Assembly (NCBI RefSeq): GCF_009914755.1
Contig: NC_060928.1
Strand: one strand, 5' to 3'
DNA length: 64,000 bases
Source: the human T2T-CHM13v2.0 reference genome, Homo sapiens
Shown here: in pieces, positions 13,205 to 30,215 of the stretch
How the letters are laid out: every line of letters begins with the position of its first letter
Numbering within the stretch: position 1 is the stretch's first letter
Program-made: the position numbers and the translations under genes
Notes under the pieces: generated by a model
The model's input: only the letters and a program-made list of their open reading frames with translations
Told to the model about the DNA's origin: nothing
Databases searched by the model: none

Positions 13205-13379
13205 ACTGTTCTGATGTGAAAAGGCTGTGAGCTGCAAAGTTGCACTTGAAACCACACAGGCTCTAAGATTACTCCTGGGATTGCTCCTTTTCGAGAAATA
13301 CAAAATCCTTTGAAGACGGCCCCAAGAAGACCATTGAGGTGTCTCATGATCTTTTCTCTCTCGCCCCTAAGACACCACG

Positions 13380-13434
<55 letters not shown>

Positions 13435-13495
13435 TATATATATGTGTATATATGTATGTGTGTATATATATGTGTATATATACATATATATATAT
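13380..13495 (+). repeat. Compound (TA)n/(TG)19 microsatellite
   Basis: Uninterrupted purine-pyrimidine alternation; pure (TG)19 at 13389-13426. Confidence 0.95.
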
Positions 13496-16400
13496 TTTTA
13501 GTTAAATGTAGTTTATTCTGAGTAAGCCACAGCACATGAGCATTCTGAGGGGTTGATTCACAGGCCATCCTGATCGGTCAGTGGGGATGGCTTCCTCAAC
13601 ATTTACAATTTAGCTGACTATTACCATTGGAACTAGTCCCATAGTCTACACGGAAAACCCATCTGTTGCATTATCTTCCCCAGGAGTGAAAAGGAAGACG
13701 GCCGGCATCCTCTGGTCTTTAGTAATTTTCTTTTGTAGTGAGAAGTCACTCTGAACTCTGCGAACACTAACTCTGGAACAATAAATGCTGCTTGTGAAAT
13801 AAAATGACATACCTTCTGCTATTAACAGAGTACAATAAAAAGCATCATTTTATCCTACTATGTTGGAAATTTATTAAACAAGACCTACTGTAGTGAACAG
13901 AGCATAATCAACCTTACCTCACTTCTTAGGAACAATGTCTCTTTTTTTTTCTTTTTTGAGTGGTTCAAAAGACTCTTAAATATTTAAAGTAATGTATAAT
14001 CATCTTTAAAATCGACTAGGGACTCTCAGGACACAATAAACAAAATAAAGTGCTGGGAATATTCATCATTTCAAGTATCTACATTATGCAATGTATTTCA
14101 CAATGTGCTATTACTTGTCTATTTTTCATTTTTGCTAGGAAAAGGTAGGTTAGCCTTAAGCATTATTTGGCCTTAGAGTTTATATTTTAATATGAAGAAT
14201 TAACATTTTATTTTTACTGTGATTTAGCATCATGATTATCTTATTGAATCTACCCTTTTAAACTAATTGCACTTTCTTCCGAGATTGTGGCTTGGCCCTT
14301 TAGTTTGCACAGAATCCATTTCTTAGGCACATGGCTCTACAAAATAGTAGAAAATGTAACATCCCCACAACAGATTATTTGAATTTGTACAAAAAGTGAC
14401 ATGGAAAGAATAGCAAGGACCACTGGATTGTTTGTGCTGCCAGACTTTTAGATCTGGAAGTAACTTTCAAGGTATTTAGTTTGAAGCTCTTATTTGTTGA
14501 CGGGATCATAGGCTCTGATTAAGTAAGAGTCTTTGGGTCACATGGCTTGCCAAGGGGCATGTACCTCATCCAAGAGTTGGATTCTTCCAGATGATCTATC
14601 TGGAATCCAAACTTGCTCTTCTGGTAGGTAACAAACCTCTAGAACTCTGGTCTCTCCCTTGCACAGAATTTATTTCATCAGTCAGTTCCTTCCTCTGGTC
14701 ACTAACCCTGAGTGTTGGGGTTCTCACTTAAGATGATCTGATCCATCATATCCCAAAACCATTCATGGTGCAAGTTCTTGCCTCTGGAGAAGCACAGAGA
14801 AATTTCTCTCCATGTATCAGTGGACATTGTTCCCACATTTAAAGAGATATCTCATGTCCCACGTGTTCATAGGAACTACTTTTTCACCACTTTTGTGATT
14901 CTTCTCAGCCAGAATTGACTCAAACACTCCTGGCTTCTGACCCCAACCGAACACCATCTGTTAAGTGTCACATGGCTGTCCGGAGAGTGGGTGTGGATGG
15001 GAATAGCACCTGGAGGCCTTGGTCTTGCCTTCTTCTTTAGACTTGCTTCAATCAAAAGAGATATGATCCAATATATTCTCAGCCAGGCCATGAAATTAGA
15101 AAAAGAATACAAATAAATTATACCCATTTAGGTTGAAGGCTGTGCTTCTTTGGTGCTGACTGTTAGAGGGGAGGCAGGGAGTAGTATTGGTTGGATTTAA
15201 TACTGTAAACCCTGGTGTTCCAAAATACCTATTGCATGCCCTCCAACCAACCTCATTTCTATTTGCAGTCATCATGGTGCCAGAGAGTTTTATCCTGCAT
15301 CTTAAGAACTCCTCACAGTGCTTCTTATCACCTAACTAACCCATTAATTAGGGGTGCAACAGCAAGATTTTTAAGACCAGAAGAGCATAAACGTATAAGA
15401 ATGGGCTCTGGATAACTGTCTTGGTGGAGGATGGAATTAAAAACTACATTTATGGAGTATATAAGTTAACTTTTTTGGTCTTCACAAAAAAAAGTACATT
15501 TGAAAGATAAATAGGCTTCAAGAACTTAAGGCACTGAAGATAAAATATGATAGGATTGTACTTACAGAACGGTTTTCTGATGCCAGATATTATGTTTTAA
15601 TATCCAACAAACAGAGCCTTAGGTCTTGGGAAGAGAATGTGGTCGGTGGCAGGTAGACATCCAAGAAAAGCTCATGAAAAAGCAAAGAACGGCGGAAAAA
15701 GGCACTAGAACAATATCTAAGGCAGGTGCTAAGGCAATTTTCCCTAGCCTTTCAGTAGAACATCAAAAATCTTGTGTAAGTTGCTCAACTTATCTGTAGC
15801 TTAGAATCTTTATATAAAAAAAAAATAGGGGCAAAAATTGTCATGCCCAGTGAAATAATCTTAGTAAAGTATGTAGCATAGTGACAAATACAAAGTAGGC
15901 AATAGGCAAATGTTAGCTTTTGTTATTTACCAGCACTTTACTCACTGGGGTATGAAATGATACTTTCTATTTCCTTCTCTTCATTCTTTTTTCTTACTTA
16001 GAAACTCCCTTCTGCTAATTTCTGAATATCTATGTGCCATGCACTATATTAAATACTGGAAAGGTACGTTTCAAATAGTCAATTTGGTGGTAAGAAAATG
16101 TTCCATTTAGTTTAGGAATGTCAAGGAAGATTTTGAAGAAACAAACTCTTGAATTGGGTTTGGGAGAAAGCATAGGAGTTTCCCATATAGGAAAGGCATT
16201 TACAACAAAGCAAGAATTTTTGTCAAAGTCATAGACTCTTAGAGCAATATGTCAGGTTTACGTGGATCTGAGAGCAATTAAAGCAGGGCACAGAGCACAA
16301 GTGGAGGGTGAGTGGAGGGTGGCTGCAGGAGGTGAAGCAGGACTCCAGGTTGTCACATGCCTGGGGAATGTGGTAGGATGATAAGTTGACACCTTAACAA

Positions 16401-17570
16401 AGGTTTCCCACCCCACTCCAACAGGCCTGTGCATTACACTCCTGGACTTCCATGCCTCAGGTAAAGTAGTTGTTTTAGTGGAAACAAACACACATGTACA
16501 CACAAGTTAATGTTCAATTTCTGCTTTTCCAAATAATCTTTTGAAACTCATGGCATAAATAGTCTTGGAAGTCAAGGTTTTATTTCAAAATAGCATAAAT
16601 ATTGAAAGAATCAGAACATGAAAGGTACTGTGACCAATAGTTTGCCAAGAACACATGATGAAAGAGTTACTTTTCACCCCTTGAAGTCCATAAAATTCCC
16701 ATAGACAGAACGGGAGAAACTATATAGAGAAATAACATTTTAGACATGGGTGTTGTCCCACAAATAAGATCTAGCCTCCAATTTCTCCCCCTACTTTTTG
16801 GTCTATGAGAGGGGCACAGTGAAAGAACTCAAAAATATAAACTATGGAGACATATTTGAGAATCTAATGACCAAACGCCGTGTGGTTCATTATCACAACC
16901 AACCAATAGGTGGTGGGAGCTGGCCGGGAACATGGCAAAATTTTCTTGCAGAGCATGGCAGTGGTATGCATAGGCAGTAATGTGGAGTGGCATGTGGAAA
17001 AAAAGAAGGTCTGAGCTGGGCTCTTGAATTTTCCCAGCCTTGGAGTGTCAGAGGAGAGCATGCTCAAGTGTTCCATATTCATGGAAAGGAACAGAAGTCA
17101 GGAAAAGAGCAAGTTGGCTGAGTGCCCTAAGGATCAAGAAGGTAGATATACAAAGACCTCTGTGGGCCAATAACTGGGGACCAGGAGAGACATAGACAAG
17201 GTCAGTAGATGCCAGAGTGGATAGATTACAATGAGCAAGGACCACATGCTCTCACAGTCATATGATTGGCATGGCTCAGTGATCTGAAGCTTAAAGAGAA
17301 CCAGTCCAAAGACATAAAGACAGACGGGAATCCCCAACTTGTCTGAGAACAACTAAAATTCTTTTGTTTATTCTGAATGAATTAAAGTTAAGTTCTCCTC
17401 ACTGAGGAGGAGGAAAAGAGGTCTCAAATTAGAAGTTAGATGTGTTTATTAAAATAATTTAACTATATTTTGTATGATCTCCTCTCTTACTATTTAGGAG
17501 TAACATAAGATAAACATGTATCACAATGGTAAGAAAGACAACTTTGAAAAATACATATGGTAGAGGTGTT

Positions 17571-17733
17571 TGGATGGATGGTTGGATGGATGGATGGATG
17601 AATGGATGGCTGGGTGGATGGTGGATGGTGAGTAGATGAATGGATGGATAGACAGATGGATAGACGAATGAGTGAATGAAGAATGAGTGGGTAGATAGAT
17701 GATGGATGGATGAGTGGATGAATGGATGGATGA
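17571..17733 (+). repeat. Degenerate (TGGA)n tetranucleotide repeat
   Basis: TGGATGGATG...GGATGGATGA. Confidence 0.9.
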
Positions 17734-18502
17734 AGCATCAGAAACTTTACATTGGTTTTAAAAGAGCTATTTTTTCCTGTACTTTTTCTGAGCAACTGTA
17801 TACACCCATGATATGTACAGAAAATTCCTGCCTGAAACTCTGTTGTGTGCATAGAATCAAGCCTTGCCATCTCTCTTGACAGAGTTTGTCTGAGCTTCTG
17901 ACAGCAGTAGATTTATTCTGTGTAGATTTGCATCTTCCTCCCTTGGCATTTTGCCTTTTCTTGTAGTCTTACTCTGCACATTCATCTGGTGTTGGCTAAT
18001 GGATGCTAAGGCCATTTCAGAACACAAAATCTGCAGTGTCTGTATAACCTATCATGTGTAACTGGGCACACCCCACCGTAAAAACATTAAGCAGCCTACA
18101 TTATGCTCATATCAGGGACAATTATTCCTCAGACTGCTTTATAGTAAAAAATCCATTAGATTAGCAATAGCAGCCCTTATACAGATAAATAAAATGAGGA
18201 TCAGGAGATAAAAACCTTGGAACTGTTGCATAAACTGCACCAAAATGGAAAAACAGGGATTTGTAACATCCTTGCCAGATGTTAGCTGTAAGGTATGTTT
18301 CTGTAAGAAGTGGATTTAGACACAGACTAGTGCAGAGACCATCTTCCAGGCAAGATACTGCCTGACTCCTGGGCAAACTCCTTTTGTGGATGCCTCCAGC
18401 CTTTTTTCTTGAATTTTTTCTCTTACTCATTTTCTACTGAACTTGTCTTCTTACTTGCATATTCACTCTGGCCCTAACCTAGTTTTTATTATCAGTATCT
18501 CG

Positions 18503-18801
18503 CTTCTTCTCCTTCTCCTTCTCCTTCTTCTCCTTCTCCTTCCCCTTCTCCTTCTCCTTCCCCTTCCCCTCCTCCTTCTCCTCCTCCTCCTTATTCTTCT
18601 TCTCTTCTTCTTCCTCTTCCTCTTCCTCTCCTCCTTCTCCTTCTCCTCCTCCTCCTCCTCCTTCTTCTTCTTCTTCTTCTCTTCTTCTTCTTCTTCTCCT
18701 TCTTCTTCTTCTTTTCTTCTTCTTCTCTTCTTCTTCTTCTTCTTCTTCTTCTTCTTCTTCTTCTTCTTCTTCTTCTTCTTCTTCTTCTTCTTCTTCTTTC
18801 T
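18503..18801 (+). repeat. ~300-nt polypyrimidine tract ending in pure (CTT)24, i.e. (GAA)24 on the minus strand
   Basis: Only one purine (A18593) in 18503-18801; pure CTT from 18727 to 18798. Confidence 0.95.
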
Positions 18802-19814
18802 GTCTTTTCTCTTTACTGAATTGTATTCACTATTTCTCTCACCATTTTCCTTGGAACCACTCTAGGTGGGATTTGTCTGAGGTGTTGATTCAGTACAAAT
18901 TCTCTCTTATCAAACAAACAAAAATAACAATAAGGGGACAGAACTATGGCTGGTTAAGTGGGGGTCCCCCAGGATAGAGTCATCCAAGAAAACTGGTATG
19001 GAATGCTGTGAGCATGGGAAGAAGAGCTTCACTCGGAATTGGGAAAAGCTAAACAAAATTGAGGCTCACAAAAGACAGAGCAGGAAGACAAGCCACTGGT
19101 TGGCTAACACTTTACTGCCTCACTTGGCTCTTGTTCTACCTACATAAGCAGTGAGCTCACCTGTCATATTCAGGGACGTCACATAGAATCTGTGGCACAA
19201 TAGCCATATCCACGTAGCTAAAGCATAGGGAAGCTTTTCAAAGTAGGAGATTGCAAATGTGGAAAAGAAAACCCATTTTGTAGTGATCTAATATTTAAAA
19301 TTATATTATGATTAGGGGATTTGTTGTCCTATAGAGTAGTCCTTCTTAAAGTATTCATGGGGGAGTACCAGTATTGATTTAGTTCCCCCCCATTTGTTTT
19401 TACAAAATTTTACAATAAAAATGAGGAGAATCCTATGTCCTCTCACCCATACTTGACTATCCCAGCATTATCCAGTTGCTCTAAATGTTTCTAAGAACCT
19501 TGTTTTAATTTCTATATTTCTTTCCTTGTTGAACAGAAGTACATACTGAAGGACTAATACAGACCCACAGACCCCGGCTGCTCTCATTTGCTCCCACACC
19601 CTCACCTCCTCACCTGCTGAGGTTGCCTGCCTTCCTACACCCACCATGGACACAGCTTCCACCCTTCTTTGCCAATGAAGGAGCTCCAGCAAGTGGGGCT
19701 GGGAAGAGTCTTCTTATCATACAGATGAGAATACAGAAAGTGAGAAAGATTGTCATCCGGCCAACCAGTAACAGATACAGAACTCCTTTGGCATTCATCT
19801 AAGCCGGCTGTGCA

Positions 19815-20030
19815 TGTTATAGGGATTCAATATTGGGTGATGCTTTATGAAGGAAGAATGCTTTAGGGAACATCCTTTGTCTAATGCTGCTTCCTATCCC
19901 CTCTTCCTGAACTTCACAATATTTATTAAAGCAGCAAATGAAAGATTTCAGTGTGTCCTGCAGAAGAGACACTTGTCTGAATTTTGTTTCCCAGACATGT
20001 TTTACCAGGAAACACTTAATGTTATTCAAT
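19815..20030. mobile_element. Possible hAT-Charlie MER-type relic
   Basis: Resembles recalled Charlie/MER112-like sequence (...GTCTGAATTTTGTTTCCCAGACATGTTTTACCAGGAAAC); highly diverged. Confidence 0.3.
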
Positions 20031-20247
20031 CAGTAAGAAAGACCCTGCTACCCTATCTGACTGGTTGACAAGTGGGATGAAAAATGGATCTTAAGAGCTG
20101 TGAGGATTTACTAATTAGTGCAAGAGGTCATTTTGAAGAAGTCATCTTGCTTTTCACTTGTCCCCTTTATGATCCCATCATGTTAATGGGCAAAAATGCT
20201 TGATAGTTAGATATCTCTTCAAAAGTTCTGGAAAACTCCAAATCCCA

Positions 20248-20556
<309 letters not shown>

Positions 20557-21070
20557 CTACTAGTCATTGGATATAAAGGCCATGAGATTTTGGTGCAACT
20601 ACACACCAGAAGTTTTCTCTGTATTCACAGTTTTCCCCAGAGTTAAATGTGTGCCTGTTCAGTGCATGAACATTGTGTGTGTACAGATTATGATCAGAAT
20701 GACAAATGTGCCCACTGCACACACGATCCCAAAAAATCTTTGCAAAGCTAAAATAAGGCACTTGCTTGTTGCCTGCAGGTCAACAGGATGTTACTTTCAT
20801 TTACCAGCCTGGGAACAGTGTGAAAAAAGTGCGAGAGGCTAAAGAGGAAAAGGGGAAACAAATTGTGTCAAGGGAGGTTACTAGTTCAAATTAAATTGAA
20901 AGTGTGTTGCTATCTTGCAAGTGTGGGGAGTACACTGCTCAGTTCTCCCTGGGACAGAGTGAGACCATCCCTTTAAAAAAAAATTAAAGGATAGAAATCC
21001 ATCCCAAGTCATGTGGTGTATTCCCTGGTCAGCTCCCAGCTGATGACCAAGCACGGCCACGTACTAAAGT

Positions 21071-21454
21071 TACTATGTTCGAATGTGTCTCCCAAAGTTA
21101 ATATGTTGGAAACTTAATTCCTAACTCAGTAGTATGGAGAGATGAGACCTTTCGGAGGTATTAGGTCATGTGGGCTCTGCTTTTATGAATGGGTTATCCT
21201 GTTTCTGCAGGAGTGGGTTAGTTATTGCAGGAGGGGATTCCTAATAAAAAGAGGAGTTCGGCCGCCTTTCCTCTCGCTTACTCATGTGATGCCCTCCACC
21301 ATGGTATGATGGTGCAGGAAGGCCTCCATGAGATGCCAGCCTCTCAGTCATGGATATTCCAGCCTTCAGAATCATGAGCCAAATAAGTGTATGTTCATTA
21401 TAAATTATGCTTACTCTGATATTCTCTTATAATAACGCCTAACAGACTAAGCCA
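21071..21454 (+). mobile_element. MSTD/MSTC-type MaLR solo LTR
   Basis: TACTATG..GAATGTGTCTCCCAAAGTT.ATATGTTGGAAACTTAAT ... GAGCCAAATAA...ATAAATTA...ACAGACTAAG.CA. Confidence 0.8.
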
Positions 21455-21917
21455 CGAGTCAAACCATTCCTGCTCAACATGAGACCCCCTCTAGGCACTC
21501 TTCGCTCTAGGACTTTCCATCAGCCTGAATGAGCTGCTTTCAGTGCCGGACAGAAGTCCTCCCTCCTTGCTTCTCTCCATACATAGGTGCCATACCTGCA
21601 CCCCTGACTGAAGGCTCTCTGTGCATAATCTTGCTCAATCTTCCCATTATCCTTAGGAGACATTTTCCCAGAGAAATTTCTTTTTTTCTTTCTTCTTCTT
21701 CTTCTTCTTATTATTATACTTTAAGTTTTAGGGTACATGTGCACATTGTGCAGGTTAGTTACATATGTATACATGTGCCATGCTGGTGTGCTGCACCCAC
21801 CAACTCGTCATCTAGCATTAGGTATATCACCCAATGCTATCCCTCCCCCCTCCCCCCACCCCACAACAGTCCCCAGAGTGTGATGTTCCCCTTCCTGTGT
21901 CCATGTGTTCTCATTGT

Positions 21918-25749
<3,832 letters not shown>

Positions 25750-25812
25750 TATGATGTTAGCTGGTGATTTTGCTTGTTAGTTGATGCAGTTTCTTCCTAG
25801 TCTCGATGGTCT

Positions 25813-26829
25813 TTACATTTTGGCATGATTTTGCAGCGGCTGGTACTGGTTGTTCCTTTCCATGTTTAGCGCTTCCTTCAGGAGCTCTTTTAGGGCAGGC
25901 CTCGTGGTGACAAAATCTCTCAGCATTTGCTTGTCTGTAAAGGATTTTATTTCTCCTTCGCTTATGAAGCTTAGTTTGGCTGGATATGAAATTCTAGGTT
26001 GAAAATTCTTTTCTTTAAGAGTGTTGAATATTGGCCCCCACTCTCTTCTGGCTTGTAGGGTTTCTGCCGAGAGATCTGCTGTTAGTCTGATGGGCTTCCC
26101 TTTGAGGGTAACCCGACCTTTCTCTCTGGCTGCCCTTAACATTTTTTCCTTCATTTCAACTTTGGTGAATCTGACAATTATGTGTCTTGGAGTTGCTCTT
26201 CTCGAGGAGTATCTTTGTGGTGTTCTCTGTATTTCCTGAATCTGAATGTTGGCCTGCCTTGCTAGATTGGGGAAGTTCTCCTGGATAATATCCTGCAGAG
26301 TGTTTTCCAACTTGGTTCCATTCTCCCCATCACTTTCAGGTACACCAATCAGACGTAGATTTGGTCTTTTCACATAGTCCCATATTTCTTGGAGGCTTTG
26401 CTCATTTCTTTTTATTCTTTTTTCTCTAAACTTCCCTTCTCGCTTCATTTCATTCATTTCATCTTCCATTGCTGATACCCTTTCTTCCAGTTGATCACAT
26501 CGGCTCCTGAGGCTTCTGCATTCTTCACATAGTTCTCGAGCCTTGGTTTTCAGCTCCATCAGCTCCTTTAAGCACTCCTCTGTAATGGTTATTCTAGTTA
26601 TACATTCTTCTAAATTTTTTTCAAAGTTTTCAACTTCTTTGCCTTTGGTTTGAATGTCCTCCCGTAGCTCAGAGTAATTTGATCGTCTGAAGCCTTCTTC
26701 TCTCAGCTCGTCAAAGTCATTCTCCATCCAGCTTTGTTCCGTTGCTGGTGAGGAACTGCGTTCCTTTGGAGGAGGAGAAGCACTCTGCTTTTTAGAGTTT
26801 CCAGTTTTTCTGTTCTGTTTTTTCCCCAT
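25813..26829 (-). CDS. ORF1: L1 ORF1p RNA-binding chaperone, intact 338 aa
   Basis: MGKKQNRKTGNSKKQSASPPPKE... with REKG, ARR and YPAKLS motifs intact; canonical length. Confidence 0.93.
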   Translation of the reverse strand: MGKKQNRKTGNSKKQSASPPPKERSSSPATEQSWMENDFDELREEGFRRSNYSELREDIQTKGKEVENFEKNLEECITRITITEECLKELMELKTKARELCEECRSLRSRCDQLEERVSAMEDEMNEMKREGKFREKRIKRNEQSLQEIWDYVKRPNLRLIGVPESDGENGTKLENTLQDIIQENFPNLARQANIQIQEIQRTPQRYSSRRATPRHIIVRFTKVEMKEKMLRAAREKGRVTLKGKPIRLTADLSAETLQARREWGPIFNTLKEKNFQPRISYPAKLSFISEGEIKSFTDKQMLRDFVTTRPALKELLKEALNMERNNQYQPLQNHAKM

Positions 26830-27734
26830 CTTTATGGTTTTATCTACTTTTGGTCTTCGATGATGGTGATGTACAGATGGGTTTTTGGTGTGGATGTCCT
26901 TTCTGTTTGTTAGTTTTCCTTCTAACAGGCAGGACCCTCAGCTGCAGGTCTGTTGGAATACCCTGCAGTGTGAGGTGTCAGTGTGCCCCTGCTCAGGGGT
27001 GCATCCCAGTTAGGCTGCTCGGGGGTCAGGGGTCAGGGACCCACTTGAGGAGGCAGTATGCCCGTTCTCAGATCTCCAGCTGCGTGCTGGGAGAACCACT
27101 GCTCTCTTCAAAGCTGTCAGACAGGGACATTTAAGTCTGCAGAGGTTACTGCTGTCTTTTTGTTTGTCTGTGCCCTGCCCCCAGAGGTGGAGCCTACAGA
27201 GGCAGGCAGGCCTCCTTGAGCTGTGGTGGGCTCCACCCAGTTCGAGCTTCCAGGCTGCTTTGTTTACCTAATCAAGCCTGGGCAATGGTGGGCGCCCCTC
27301 CCCCAGCCTCGCTGCCGCCTTGCAGTTTGATCTCAGACTGCTGTGCTAGCAATCAGTGAGACTCCGTGGGCGTAGGACCCTCCGAGCCAGGTGCCGGATA
27401 TCATCTCGTGGTGCGCCGTTTTTTAAGCCCGTCAGAAAAGCACAGTATTCGGGTGGGAGTGACCCGATTTTCCAGGTGCCGTCCGCCACCCCTTTCTTTG
27501 ACTCGGAAAGGTAACTCCCTGACCCCTTGTGCTTCCCAGGTGAGGCAATGCCTCGCCCTGCTTCGGCTGTCGCACGGTGCGCGCACCCACTGACCTGCGC
27601 CCACTGTCTGGCACTCCCTAGTGAGATGAACCGGGTACCTCAGATGGAAATGCAGAAATCACCCGTCTTCTGTGTTGCTCACGCTGGGAGCTGTAGACGG
27701 GAGCTATTCCTATTCGGCCATCTTGGCTCCTCCC
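26830..27734 (-). promoter_or_regulatory. L1 5' UTR internal promoter with intact YY1 site; also contains the antisense promoter facing the + strand
   Basis: GCCAAGATGGCC at ~27716-27727. CpG-rich. Antisense splice donor CAG|GTGAGG at 27540. Confidence 0.85.
27285..27593 (+). pseudogene. ORF0: L1 antisense ORF0, interrupted by a CGA>TGA stop at codon 25
   Basis: ATG GTG GGC GCC CCT CCC CCA GCC (MVGAPPPASLPPCSLISDCCASNQ*) with TGA at 27357-27359; the frame continues VGVGPSEPG... Confidence 0.8.
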
Positions 27735-28109
27735 GAGAAATTTCTTATCTATCTAATTCTGTCTTGGCATCTTGGTGTTGCTTCTTGGAGGACCTGCAGT
27801 GTTGATACTGAAAGTGGTTTGAGAAGGGAGGCAGTGAGATGGAGATTGGGGGCTGCATTACTCACTCACTGCTTAGCCAGCAAAGAGGCCTCTGTTCTGA
27901 GGGGTATGTGCATCGGGGAAACTCCCCAGCACAGACAGATTTATCAATTGCTAAATATGTCCTTTGTGGTGATGTGAAGGGGCACACCCTTGTGTGTGCA
28001 ATGATGCAGATATTGGAAAGGGATTTAGCTAAAAAATACAAAAACAGAGGAGGTGTGGGTTATTACTAAGTCCTGGATGTCTATGGAGGGATAATGAGAA
28101 CTGCTGGGG

Positions 28110-28795
28110 GAGCAGCAGCATACTACAGTTCTGTGATTAGGTTTCAGTTTTATAGTGAGCCTATGCACTGTGAACTTCACCAGTGTTGTGCAGGCTCCTC
28201 CCTGCCTTAGGCAAGATAGGATGGCTAGAGGAAGCTGGGATTAGGTATTACTTTTCTCTCAGGTAGGCTAGGCTCTGATAAAACAACAGCAGGTTAGGCT
28301 CTGGTGGAAAGTTTCTCCTGAGGGCAGTTCTTCTTAAGAACAGAATGCTCTTCTGTTTTTCTAAATGGTTCCCTTTCCTCTCCCTCTGTTGGAATCATGA
28401 GGGAATATTTCTCTGGTATTCACTGTGAGGATTTGGTAGAGCTCCTGAAGATAAAAGTCACAAAAGTGAGGGGACATCTCTATGTTTTGGTCCCCCTGGC
28501 ATTTTTAACTCTTAGAGTTGCCTACCAGGATGATTTGTCAATTAAAGTTTAGGTTTTCCTGCCTTACTGGTGCTGCTTCCAAAAAATGGTTTATGCTCTG
28601 GCAAGTTGCGATTCTCTGTATGCTGCTGTCTGTCTCTCCAGTTTGGGGAAGAGCAGTTTGCCCTGTGACCTCAGTTTTTCTGATGGCTCTAAAGATTATT
28701 AACCTTTTCAGTTTGTTCAGGTTTTACTTTGGTCAGGATGGAGTAGTATCACCTCAGCCCCTTGCATCCTGGACCAGATCCTGGAAATTTGGAAC
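28110..28795 (-). mobile_element. Probable old L1M-type 5' region fragment
   Basis: Resembles recalled L1M 5' UTR sequence (GTTAGGCTCTGG...AAAGTTTCTCCTGAGGGCAG...AAGAACAGAATGCTC). Confidence 0.4.
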
Positions 28796-28928
28796 TGGAT
28801 TTTGAGAGTGCTTAAGCAGGTGGATTGAAACACAAGCCTGGGTGAGCAAAAATGCATTGACTGAGAGCACTCTCACAATATAAGATTGAACTCTTTGGCA
28901 AGGACCCCGAAGTATGTGGCAAACCATC

Positions 28929-29287
28929 TGTATTAGTTTGTTTTCATGTTGCTGATAAAGACATACTTGAGACTGGGTAATTTATAAAGAAAAAGAGGTT
29001 TAGTGGACTCAATTCCACATGGTTGGGGAGTACTCACAATCATGGCAGAAGGTGAAAGGACATCTTACATGATGAAAGGCAGGGAGAGCATTAGAGCCAA
29101 GTGAAAAGGGTTTCCCTTATAAAACCATCAGTTCTCAAGAGACTTATTCACTCCCAGGAGAACAGTATGCAGGAAAGAGTCTCTATGATTCAATTATCTC
29201 CCACCAGGTCTCTTCCACAACACGTGGGATTTATGGGAGCTACAATTCAAGATGAGATTTGGGTGGGGACATAGTGGAAACACATCA
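28929..29287 (-). mobile_element. THE1B/C-type MaLR solo LTR
   Basis: TGTATTAGT...GCTGATAAAGACATAC...GATGAGATTTGGGTGGGGACA...ATCA; TSD CCATC/GCATC. Confidence 0.92.
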
Positions 29288-29748
29288 GCATCTGCTAGAG
29301 TTGAACTCAGAAGCCAGGATAAAATGATGCCCCATGCTGAACAAAACAGGGTTCCTGAAGGATAAACATTCTGAAAGAAATTGTCATAGTGGAATGATGA
29401 GGTCACATAAATCTAGAAGATTCACAAGAAGATCCTCATGGAGATCCTGGAATACACTCCACTCCTCAAGGCCACAAGCTGTGCTTGGGAGAGAGGCAGT
29501 GACATTTCTAAGTATTTTAGTGGTGACTGTTGTCTTTCTGTCAGAGCAAACAGTAGAAAAGCTGTCATGGAACTGAGCTTTTTAATATCCATGGAGATAT
29601 AGGGGCCACACAGTAATACAGGCCAGGTAACAGCACTTTCAAGAGGAAGTGGGCTTTTGACCCTAGTAAGCTACTACTTGTTACAACTACAAACATCTGG
29701 CTTTAATAATTTAGGGCAGAAACATTTTCGGTTGTTCAGCCGAGGTGA

Positions 29749-30215
<467 letters not shown>

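Larger units (their letters stand above)
27796..29680 (+). mobile_element. ERV3-16A3/ERVL-type internal (gag region) remnant, interrupted by other inserts
   Basis: Follows LTR16 directly. Frameshifted gag-like TVEK.VMELSFLISMEI...SNTGQVTAL near 29550-29640. Interrupted at ~28110-28795 and by the THE1 LTR. Confidence 0.55.

Noticed and set aside
13093-18865. Low-complexity ORFs (poly-HT/YI, poly-L/F/S, HPSI repeats)
   Set aside because: They are read-throughs of microsatellites that lack stop codons.
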